From a bacterium (GTDB lineage Bacteria > Patescibacteriota > Saccharimonadia > Saccharimonadales > UBA4665), in the NCBI GenBank assembly GCA_021789195.1, contig JAJYJU010000001.1:1-50967 (forward strand): a DNA stretch of 50,967 bases, in the 5' to 3' direction. A program made the translations under genes and the position numbers. Position 1 is the first letter of the stretch. The number at the start of each line of letters is the position of its first letter. The notes under the pieces were generated by a model. The model was given only the letters and a program-made list of their open reading frames with translations. It was not told the origin of the DNA and did not search any database. This document shows, piece after piece, positions 43,607 to 50,967 of the stretch.

Positions 43607-44272
43607 TTATCTAATAACAATGTTACGGCGTCGGTTAAGATCTACTCTACCTGCTGAAGGATTAGGTACTAAATTAACCATTTCAGGCATTGCTAAACCG
43701 TTGCTGACCTCGTTTACCCTTAATAGACCCATGTCATTAAGTTTCTTTAGGATGGCAGAAAGTTGAGTATTAAATACGTGTTTGCCACTTAATACGACAT
43801 AATCTTCAGCATTGGTAGGATTTTGCATATTTCTTAGTACATTATCGAAAGTTTGACGGTCAATATTGAGCGAGAATCGATCATCTGCCTTTCGTCTATC
43901 TCGTCTTTGTGTGCGCATGTAAGCAGAGTCAGAATCAATCTGCATCCAGATTACTAAAGGCTGAGCTTTAAATTTTCTGGCTGTGCTACGCAAGCTATGA
44001 CGTTGAGCTGCTCTTAGCGCATTGGCATCGTATATAACGCTCACACCGGCATTTAAGAATTCTTCGGTCATATAATTCATTAGTTGATTTACGACGTTGT
44101 TCTCTTCACGGTCATATCTTGGATTGCTAAATAGCTCACCACGGATTCTTTCACCTTGAACGTGTGTTGCATTTATATGATTAGCTAATTGTCTTGCCAC
44201 GTAGGTTTTGCCAGAACCAGGAAAACCATAAAGCATTATTAGCAGTGGCTGAGTTGGGGTAATCTTATTCAT
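43607..44272 (-). CDS. P-loop kinase/ATPase (AAA_33 / zeta-toxin-like fold) with a C-terminal tail of about 45 aa
   Basis: Walker A YGFPGSGKTYVA and a Walker B-like VIYDANA. I place the start at ATG 44272; the track ORF starts at TTG 44290. Confidence 0.7.
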   Translation of the reverse strand: MNKITPTQPLLIMLYGFPGSGKTYVARQLANHINATHVQGERIRGELFSNPRYDREENNVVNQLMNYMTEEFLNAGVSVIYDANALRAAQRHSLRSTARKFKAQPLVIWMQIDSDSAYMRTQRRDRRKADDRFSLNIDRQTFDNVLRNMQNPTNAEDYVVLSGKHVFNTQLSAILKKLNDMGLLRVNEVSNGLAMPEMVNLVPNPSAGRVDLNRRRNIVIR

Positions 44273-44389
44273 TACAGTTAGATATAGCAAATTTTCATCT
44301 ATAAAGAAAGCATTAGCGCTAATTATTTGAGGTCATAATAGTTTAGGAAATGTATAATTCTAGATTATAGTAGATGTTTGAACTATTTT

Positions 44390-44464
44390 AGGGGTGTCCG
44401 TTAATGGCTAAGCGGCAGCTCTCCAAAAGCTGTGCTGTCGGTTCGAATCCGACCACCCCTGCCA
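44390..44464 (+). tRNA. tRNA-Trp (anticodon CCA), CCA encoded
   Basis: Acceptor AGGGGTG/CACCCCT, anticodon stem CAGCT/AGCTG with loop CTCCAAA, T-arm GTCGG-TTCGAAT-CCGAC, discriminator G plus CCA. Confidence 0.9.
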
Positions 44465-44466
44465 GA

Positions 44467-45834
44467 TTAACCGATATATTCCTCAATCAAATCAATTATT
44501 AAAGCAGCTGTCCAAGAAAAGTTTTTTACTCCTGCCGGTTGTCCGGTAATAGGGTTAAAGTACTCATAAAAACCACTTTTCTTAACTAACTCTATTGTTT
44601 GGATAGCTAAATTCTCAGCCTCTTTTACAAAACCGTATCTTTTTAATCCATCAATTAATAGCCAGTTAATGTTAATCCAGCTTGGTCCTTGCCAATAGCG
44701 CATTGGTTTAAACCATTTTGATGACACCGGTACGCTAGGAACTGGAAAGACGGTATTGTATTTCTGCTTATCGTTTAGTTTAACTAGTAGGTGTTCTGCT
44801 CTTTCCTTAGATATTGCCCCCGAGTAGAGTGGCAATAATGCTGCAACAGAATCTTCCTTTAAGAAGTAGCCATATTTTTCATTTCTTGGGTAATATGTTT
44901 TAGCATTTATGTCCCATAATTCATCAAGGTTAGTCTCGGTTTTAGACATACTTATTAATAAGCTTTTAGGCAAAGTTTGATCTATTTCTAGCGCTATTTC
45001 TCTTAATAAGCTGTTGGCTCGAATGAATATGCTGTTATATGCCAAATCTTCAATTGCGAACATTGGTTTCTTAAGAATCTTTGAATTATTGTAGCGTTTG
45101 CGTCTAATTATTCTTTGCGCGCCATATAGCCTTAGTGCCTCAATTGATGTACTACGTTGATTAAAATCGACGTATTTGCCGTCAATTCGTAAATGGTCAC
45201 CGATCTTAATTAATCCGGACCATACCAGCAAGTTAATAAATAAAGGGGTATGGCGTCTGTTCAGGGAAGCTAACCAGGGTGGGGTGTTGTCTAAGCCAGT
45301 TTCCCAAGGATGAATTAAAGTGATTAAACCATCACCTTTTAAATCCCTGTTTTCATATAGCCAGCTATGGTATCTCACAAGTTTATCGAAGACTGATTTA
45401 TACCAAATCTGTCGTTCTGTTTTTGTGAGTTTCGAACCAATCCTATAAACTGCTTCAGCAAACATTGGCGGTTGCGTAATACCGCTTGTTGGCAATCCTT
45501 TAACAGATAAAGGCGATAACCAACTGCGCCAGTTAAATCTATCCCAAAAATATCTAGGAGCAGAATTAAAAATAATATGGGGCACCATGCCGTCTGACCA
45601 TTGAGCATCTAAGAAAGACAATATCTGACGTTTGGAAGCTTCAATATCATAATGGCTTAGCCCAATGCCAATAAAACAACTATCCCATAAGACTCTATGA
45701 GGATATAGGCCACGAGCCGGAATAACTAATCCATTGATACTATTTAAGCTAAGAACTGCTCTGGCTTGTAGATTGAGATTTTGGTATGAGTTTTTTGAAT
45801 CATTGTTAGTCTTTGCCATTTTTATAGTGTACAC
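44467..45834 (-). CDS. GH63-like (alpha/alpha)6-barrel glycoside hydrolase (mannosyl-/glucosylglycerate hydrolase or debranching-enzyme-like)
   Basis: VLWDSCFIGIGL, IHPWETGLDNTPPW and WQGPSWININWLLIDGL resemble the MGH/GH63 family. The track start is GTG 45834; ATG 45819 is equally plausible. Confidence 0.7.
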   Translation of the reverse strand: MYTIKMAKTNNDSKNSYQNLNLQARAVLSLNSINGLVIPARGLYPHRVLWDSCFIGIGLSHYDIEASKRQILSFLDAQWSDGMVPHIIFNSAPRYFWDRFNWRSWLSPLSVKGLPTSGITQPPMFAEAVYRIGSKLTKTERQIWYKSVFDKLVRYHSWLYENRDLKGDGLITLIHPWETGLDNTPPWLASLNRRHTPLFINLLVWSGLIKIGDHLRIDGKYVDFNQRSTSIEALRLYGAQRIIRRKRYNNSKILKKPMFAIEDLAYNSIFIRANSLLREIALEIDQTLPKSLLISMSKTETNLDELWDINAKTYYPRNEKYGYFLKEDSVAALLPLYSGAISKERAEHLLVKLNDKQKYNTVFPVPSVPVSSKWFKPMRYWQGPSWININWLLIDGLKRYGFVKEAENLAIQTIELVKKSGFYEYFNPITGQPAGVKNFSWTAALIIDLIEEYIG

Positions 45835-45962
45835 GTAAAAAAGTTATGAACAGTAGCTATAACACATTAACTTTTATTAGGTGAAAAAAGGTTGTGCTTT
45901 TAGGAGTTTTATCCATATAATGAGATGGAGGAATTTTAAAAAACGAAAAAGATATTGAATAA

Positions 45963-47171
45963 ATGAAGGTGTTAATGCTTGGTTGGGAATTACCACCGCA
46001 TAACAGTGGTGGTCTAGGAGTAGCTTGTTACCAGCTATGTGAGCAACTGTCTAAAAATGATGTCGATCTAGAATTCATTCTTCCTTACACATCTCAGGAA
46101 GACATTTCATTCATGAAGGTTCATGGAGCGATGAGGGACGGAGTGCTTGAGATTATGCAGTCTGGTATTGCTTATGACAGCTATAAATATATATATAACG
46201 ACGGCCATGAGGAATGGCACGATTTATACTCTCAAGCGAAATTTTACGAGCACGCCGTCGCTGACATGATTAAAGGCATGTCATTTGATATTGTGCACGC
46301 CCATGATTGGCTTACTTTTAGAGCAGCTTTAAGGGTTAAGGCCCTAAGAAAAAACATACCTATAATCTTGCATGTACACTCAATTGAATCAGATAGAGCT
46401 GGCGGTCGTCATGGCAACCCATTGGTTAGAGAAATTGAAGAAACGGCAATGTTAGGTGCTGACACCATTATCGCCGTTAGTAATTTTACGAAACAGAAAA
46501 TAGTTGCAGAGTATGGCATCCCTGCCGACAAGATTGAGGTGGTACACAATAGTATTGACCAAAATTCACTAATACCTTCTGACCCGGACAACGCCTACAA
46601 GTACTTAAGTTTACTTAAACAAAACGGTTATAAAGTAGTGTCTAATGTTGGTCGCTTGACTATCCAAAAAGGTTTGACTAATTTGCTTCACGCTGCTCGA
46701 ATTGTGGTTGAAAAACTACCCAAAACTGTTTTTTTGATTGTCGGTAGTGGCGAACAATTACACGAGTTAATAACTTTAGCGGCGGATTTAGGTATTTCAG
46801 AGAATGTCATTTTCACTGGTTTTCAACGTGGCAAGAACTGGCGTGATTCATTTGCAATCTCAGATTTGTTTGTTATGCCTTCTGTCTCTGAACCATTTGG
46901 TTTAACACCTTTAGAAGCTGGCTTTTACAACGTACCGTCGTTAATTTCTAAGCAATCAGGCGTAACTGAAATAATATCAAGTTGCTTAACGGTTGATTTC
47001 TGGGATGTAAATGAAATGGCTAATAAAATCGTTGCAGTTCTCCGCGAGAATGCTTTAAAAAATACCTTAACAGATGCCCTGGCTTTAGAGCTTCAAGCAA
47101 TGAGCTGGGAACGCTCTGCCGGTTTAGTTAAACAGCTTTATGAAAAGCATTTACACAGGGCGGCAGTATGA
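45963..47171 (+). CDS. GT-B glycosyltransferase, archaeal-type glycogen/starch-synthase-like (GT4/GT5)
   Basis: N-terminal KVLMLGWELPPHNSGGLGVAC and C-terminal E-x7-E region PSVSEPFGLTPLEAGFYNVP. Confidence 0.8.
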   Translation: MKVLMLGWELPPHNSGGLGVACYQLCEQLSKNDVDLEFILPYTSQEDISFMKVHGAMRDGVLEIMQSGIAYDSYKYIYNDGHEEWHDLYSQAKFYEHAVADMIKGMSFDIVHAHDWLTFRAALRVKALRKNIPIILHVHSIESDRAGGRHGNPLVREIEETAMLGADTIIAVSNFTKQKIVAEYGIPADKIEVVHNSIDQNSLIPSDPDNAYKYLSLLKQNGYKVVSNVGRLTIQKGLTNLLHAARIVVEKLPKTVFLIVGSGEQLHELITLAADLGISENVIFTGFQRGKNWRDSFAISDLFVMPSVSEPFGLTPLEAGFYNVPSLISKQSGVTEIISSCLTVDFWDVNEMANKIVAVLRENALKNTLTDALALELQAMSWERSAGLVKQLYEKHLHRAAV

Positions 47172-48373
47172 AATCAATACTCTTATATATGCATGTTCAC
47201 CAGCCCTATAGATTGAGGCACTACACTATTTTTGATGCCGGCACATATCACAATTACTTTGATTCGACATGGGAAGATAAAGCTAATAACCAAAAAACTC
47301 TTCTTAAAGTAGCGGAAAAAAGCTATTTGCCTACTAACGAAATATTATTAAGGCTACTTAATAAGTATCCGGAGTTTAAACTAAGCCTTTCTATATCCGG
47401 AGTTTTGCTAGAACAACTTGAGGAATGGACGCCGGATGTATTGAAGTCGTTCCAGTCTTTAACTGACACTGGAAGAGTTGAAATTGTGGCCGAAACATAC
47501 CATCACTCGCTTGCCTTTTTCTATTCAAGAAGTGAGTTTGAAACTCAGGTAAACATGCATAAGGATATAATTAAGCGTTTATTTAACCAGGAACCTAAAG
47601 TGTTTAGAAATACTGAGCTGTCTTTTAATAATGATTTAGCTGCTTGGGCAGAGTCAGCTGGATATAAGGGAGTTTTAGCAGAAGGTTGGCACAAGTATCT
47701 TGATTGGCGTAGCCCGAATTATGTCTACAAGTCGTCCGTAGCACCTAATCTAAAGCTACTACTTAAGAACTACCGACTTAGTGACGATATTGCTTTTAGA
47801 TTCGGAGATAGAAATTGGAGTGAATGGCCTTTAACGACAGATAAGTTCGTGCACTGGATTAATCAGGATGTTGATGCGCCAATAGTTAATTTGTTTATGG
47901 ACTATGAGACATTTGGAGAACATCAATGGCAGGAATCTGGTATTTTTGACTTTCTAGAGCATCTTCCTAATGAGTGGTTAGCTAACACTGAGCATAATTT
48001 CCTGACTGTGAGCGATGCAGTTGATAAATTTGATCCAGTCGGAGAAATTGATAGCCCGGAAACCGTTACCTGGGCAGATACCGAGCGCGATTTAAGTGCC
48101 TGGCTTGGTAATGCTATGCAGCAGCAAGCCATTGCTTCCTTATACAATTTAGAGCAACCGATATTTAGACTAAATGACTGGTCATTAATTGAAGACTGGC
48201 GTAAATTACAGACCTCAGACCATTTTTACTATATGTGTGTTAAGTGGTTTAACGATGGCGATATTCACGCTTACTTTAGCCCATACGACACCCCATATGA
48301 CGCTTTTATTAATTTTATGAATGCTTATCATGACCTTAAATCAAGACTGCTTGAGAGAGGAATTGAGGTTTGA
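47168..48373 (+). CDS. GH57-family alpha-glucan-active enzyme (amylase / branching / glucanotransferase type)
   Basis: LLYMHVHQPYRL (the HxHQP signature of GH57) and MDYETFGEH (catalytic Glu region). ATGA overlap with the upstream GT. Confidence 0.82.
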   Translation: MKSILLYMHVHQPYRLRHYTIFDAGTYHNYFDSTWEDKANNQKTLLKVAEKSYLPTNEILLRLLNKYPEFKLSLSISGVLLEQLEEWTPDVLKSFQSLTDTGRVEIVAETYHHSLAFFYSRSEFETQVNMHKDIIKRLFNQEPKVFRNTELSFNNDLAAWAESAGYKGVLAEGWHKYLDWRSPNYVYKSSVAPNLKLLLKNYRLSDDIAFRFGDRNWSEWPLTTDKFVHWINQDVDAPIVNLFMDYETFGEHQWQESGIFDFLEHLPNEWLANTEHNFLTVSDAVDKFDPVGEIDSPETVTWADTERDLSAWLGNAMQQQAIASLYNLEQPIFRLNDWSLIEDWRKLQTSDHFYYMCVKWFNDGDIHAYFSPYDTPYDAFINFMNAYHDLKSRLLERGIEV

Positions 48374-48391
48374 CTTTGAACAGGGGGCGGG

Positions 48392-50332
48392 ATGTCTAGG
48401 CCAGTAGTATTAAGTAATGGTCAGATGTTTGTCGGCCTTGATGATAATGGCTTGGTGCACGACTTTTATTATCCTTACGTTGGCTTAGATAATTTAACTA
48501 ACGCACGAAGTCTGCCTCATAAAATTGGTGTTTGGGTAGATAATCAGTTTTCTTGGGTTGATGACGGAAGCTGGAATATTGAGATCGATTTTGAAGACAA
48601 GGCTTTAATTTCTCACATAAGCATGCACTCCGACAAGCTTGGGATTAGTTTAAAGTTCGTAGACTTTGTTGATCAGCAGTACAACGTATTTATTAGAAGA
48701 ATTAAAGTCACTAATGAGAGCGAAAATAAACAGCGTGAAGTTAGACTGTTTATGCACCAGGTGTTCGAGATATCGAGGCTTGGCAGGGCTGATACGGCTC
48801 TCTATGTTCCAGATGATCATTATTTACTTGATTACAAAGGGCGATGTTGTCTATTAATTGCCGGTAAGTTCATTGATGGTAAGGATTTTGACCAATTTGC
48901 TGTCGGCAATTATTCGATAGAAGGAAAAGAAGGTACATTCAAAGATGCCGAAGACGGGAACTTATCCGGTAACTTAGTAGAGCATGCCGGTGTAGACAGT
49001 GCGATTAGGTTTGCAAGGAGTCTAAGTCCAAAGGAGTCTTATGAGGCTGATTATTGGGTAGTTGCAGCTGAAAGCCAGTACGATGCCCAGCTAGTTCATA
49101 CCTACTTAAAACATTATGATATTTCAGAAAGAGAAAAATCCGTTCGCTCACTATGGTATGAATGGTTATCTCCCGCATTGGAAAAGATTCAAGACGTTTC
49201 TATTGAACACGCCTCAGCGATTACTAAAAGTTTATTGATAGTTAAGGCGCATATTGACGTGCGTGGATCAATTTTAGCGAGTGGTGACTCCTCGATATTT
49301 AATTACGGTAGAGATTATTACTGCTACTGCTGGCCAAGAGATGCTGCCTATGCAGTCTGGCCATTAATCAGGTTAGGTATGTTTGAAGAAGCTAAAAACT
49401 TCTTTAAGTTTGCTAAAGATACCATGCATCCTGAGGGTTATATGATGCACAAATATCTGCCCGACCGTGCAATAGGAAGCACGTGGCATCCCTTAGTGCA
49501 TAATCGTTCTAAAGAGTTAGCCATACAGGAAGATGAAACGGCCAGCGTACTGTTTATGATTGGACAATATTATAAGTATAGCGGGGATAAATCACTGGTT
49601 ATTGAGCTGTACGATAGCTTTATATCGCCTGCCAGTAATTTTATTAATCATTTCGTAGATAACGCCACAGGATTACCGCATGCTAGTTATGATTTATGGG
49701 AAGAGCGCTTTTTAACAACTAGTTATACCACTTCAACGGTTATAGCTGGCCTTGACGCTGCATCTAAGCTGGCAGAATTAACGAATCACCATAATGACGC
49801 CAAATTATGGCAAGAAAGTTCAGACAAGCTCAGGAATAACTTAAGTAAGCTGTTTCATAACGACGGCTATTTTATTAAAGGTTTCCTGTACTCAAAAGAA
49901 ACGGATATAGAGTATAACAACGTAGTAGACATATCCTCTTTATACGGGCCGTTTATGTATAGTGGCCTTCCATTGGGCGATCCAATGATAACTAAAACAG
50001 CCGAGCAAGTTGAAACTAAGATTACTAACGTTGTGCCCGTTGGCGGCGTACTAAGATATGAGCACGATAACTACTTCTTAAAAGATCAGAAATTCTTAGG
50101 TAATCCATGGATAGTTACAACACTTTGGTTGGCACAGTACCTTATAGCTACAAGTAATAAAGATGAGGCAGATAAATATATTAACTGGGCGCTAGATAGA
50201 AGACTTCCAAGCGGCATATTATCTGAACAATTTGACCCCGAAAACGGTACTCCATTAGGGGTGGCTCCATTAGTTTGGAGTCATGCCGAAGTAGTTAATA
50301 CTCTACTAGACTATTACGATATTAACGCTTAG
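48392..50332 (+). CDS. GH15-family glucoamylase/glucodextranase-like protein with an N-terminal beta-sandwich domain
   Basis: [40 protein letters not shown] (GH15 catalytic-domain blocks). Confidence 0.85.
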   Translation: MSRPVVLSNGQMFVGLDDNGLVHDFYYPYVGLDNLTNARSLPHKIGVWVDNQFSWVDDGSWNIEIDFEDKALISHISMHSDKLGISLKFVDFVDQQYNVFIRRIKVTNESENKQREVRLFMHQVFEISRLGRADTALYVPDDHYLLDYKGRCCLLIAGKFIDGKDFDQFAVGNYSIEGKEGTFKDAEDGNLSGNLVEHAGVDSAIRFARSLSPKESYEADYWVVAAESQYDAQLVHTYLKHYDISEREKSVRSLWYEWLSPALEKIQDVSIEHASAITKSLLIVKAHIDVRGSILASGDSSIFNYGRDYYCYCWPRDAAYAVWPLIRLGMFEEAKNFFKFAKDTMHPEGYMMHKYLPDRAIGSTWHPLVHNRSKELAIQEDETASVLFMIGQYYKYSGDKSLVIELYDSFISPASNFINHFVDNATGLPHASYDLWEERFLTTSYTTSTVIAGLDAASKLAELTNHHNDAKLWQESSDKLRNNLSKLFHNDGYFIKGFLYSKETDIEYNNVVDISSLYGPFMYSGLPLGDPMITKTAEQVETKITNVVPVGGVLRYEHDNYFLKDQKFLGNPWIVTTLWLAQYLIATSNKDEADKYINWALDRRLPSGILSEQFDPENGTPLGVAPLVWSHAEVVNTLLDYYDINA

Positions 50333-50522
50333 GCGCTTCGTTACGACCGAGATTCTTCTTAGTCTCTGTAAAAACTACTTGTCGTCTTAATTTAGGGCTG
50401 TATTTTCGCAATGATAGCTTATCCGGAGTATTCATGGTGTTCTTGGTGGTGTAATAGATACGTTCACCACTTTCCTCACTAACTAAGCCTATAATTTTTC
50501 GTTTGTCGCCTCTTTTTGCCAT
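50322..50522 (-). CDS. rpmG: 50S ribosomal protein L33 (Cys-less, zinc-independent form)
   Basis: [56 protein letters not shown] matches L33, with all four zinc-ribbon Cys replaced. I place the start at ATG 50522; the track ORF starts at TTG 50540. Confidence 0.88.
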   Translation of the reverse strand: MAKRGDKRKIIGLVSEESGERIYYTTKNTMNTPDKLSLRKYSPKLRRQVVFTETKKNLGRNEAPKR

Positions 50523-50559
50523 AGGTGTATATCCTATCAAATAATATATAGTAAGTAAA

Positions 50560-50636
50560 TGGAGCCGCCTGTCGGATTCGAACCGACGACATTCAGTTTA
50601 CAAAACTGACGCTCTGGCCAACTGAGCTAAGGCGGC
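50560..50636 (-). tRNA. tRNA-Thr (anticodon TGT), CCA encoded
   Basis: The reverse complement folds as acceptor GCCGCCT/AGGCGGC, D-arm GCTC/GAGC, anticodon stem TCAGT/ACTGA with loop TTTGTAA, T-arm GTCGG-TTCGAAT-CCGAC. Confidence 0.9.
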
Positions 50637-50701
50637 GTAGTGTCACTACATAATGTAGCAAAAACAGATAGAATTTGCTATATTTAAGCGGACAATTATT
50701 G

Positions 50702-50777
50702 GCCGCGGTAGCTCAGTTGGTAGAGCGCATCCATGGTAAGGATGAGGTCCCGGGTTCGAATCCCGGCCGTGGCTCCA
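50702..50777 (+). tRNA. tRNA-Thr (anticodon GGT), CCA encoded
   Basis: Acceptor GCCGCGG/CCGTGGC (one G-U pair), anticodon stem CATCC/GGATG with loop ATGGTAA, T-arm CCGGG-TTCGAAT-CCCGG. Confidence 0.9.
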
Positions 50778-50789
50778 TGATATTAACAT

Positions 50790-50875
50790 GCAGGGATAGT
50801 GAAGCGGTCAAACACGGCTGACTGTAAATCAGCTGGCATTCGCCTTCGGGGGTTCGAATCCCTCTCCCTGCACCA
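50790..50875 (+). tRNA. tRNA-Tyr (anticodon GTA), class II with long variable arm, CCA encoded
   Basis: Acceptor GCAGGGA/TCCCTGC, anticodon loop CTGTAAA, long variable arm (TGGCATTCGCCTTC), T-arm GGGGG-TTCGAAT-CCCTC. Confidence 0.9.
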
Positions 50876-50967
50876 GATATTGTTCATTTGTTCTTATTTA
50901 TATGTTTAAATTATTCTGAAGCTAAAACATAAAAAGCTTGACTCCTATAATCCACGTATATATAATA

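Noticed and set aside
45920-45958. 12-codon mini-ORF (MRWRNFKKRKRY) upstream of the glycogen-synthase-like gene, as a possible leader peptide
   Set aside because: The only SD-like sequence (TAGGAG) is 13 nt away. The ORF is short enough to occur by chance in AT-rich DNA, and no attenuator structure is evident.
50938-50951. Consensus TTGACT and TATAAT hexamers near the window end
   Set aside because: They are separated by only 2 nt, so they cannot be a -35/-10 pair. TATAAT alone might be a -10 for whatever lies beyond the window, but this cannot be evaluated.
1-50967. Alternative genetic code (UGA recoding, as in some CPR lineages), CRISPR arrays, IS elements, rRNA genes
   Set aside because: TGA clearly terminates cyoC and the GT gene in ATGA stop/start overlaps, and all conserved genes are full length under code 11. 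I saw no repeat-spacer arrays, terminal inverted repeats, transposases or rRNA-like sequence.

Overview
This is a gene-dense, AT-rich bacterial chromosome segment using the standard code. TGA acts as a stop in two ATGA stop/start overlaps, at 10077-10080 and 47168-47171. CDS coordinates follow the ORF track and include the stop codon.

Gene content suggests a small-genome Patescibacteria/CPR organism, possibly Saccharibacteria-like. That assignment is inference only.

Main content, in order:
- An AddA-like UvrD helicase with a C-terminal PD-(D/E)XK nuclease.
- A compact aerobic respiratory set: NDH-2, an FAD-linked GlcD/D-lactate-dehydrogenase-like oxidase, and cyoABCDE (bo3-type quinol oxidase plus heme O synthase).
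- Three histidine kinases, two response regulators and a Crp-family regulator, interleaved with two UPF0104 (MprF-flippase-like) membrane proteins.
- An anchorless TraD/VirD4/HerA-type ATPase with an unrecognised N-terminal domain.
- A long minus-strand housekeeping array: cysS, nrnA-like, recR, ybaB, a membrane protein, dnaB, dnaX.
- The rpmG-secE-nusG-rplKA-rplJL cluster, broken into three pieces by two insertions. One carries a stand-alone MprF-synthase-like gene plus a dcd / tmk-thyX(x2) fusion module. The other carries GT2, a kinase, DUF45, a P-loop kinase, tRNA-Trp and an alpha-glucan cluster (GH63-like, glycogen-synthase-like GT, GH57, GH15).
- Five tRNAs, all with encoded CCA.

I saw no CRISPR array, transposase, integrase or rRNA, and I found no clear-cut novel multi-gene system. 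The best candidates for follow-up are the Tmk-ThyX-ThyX fusion coupled to dcd, the UPF0104 / T4CP-like ATPase pair, and the split MprF arrangement. All homology calls come from motif recognition by eye, not from searches.
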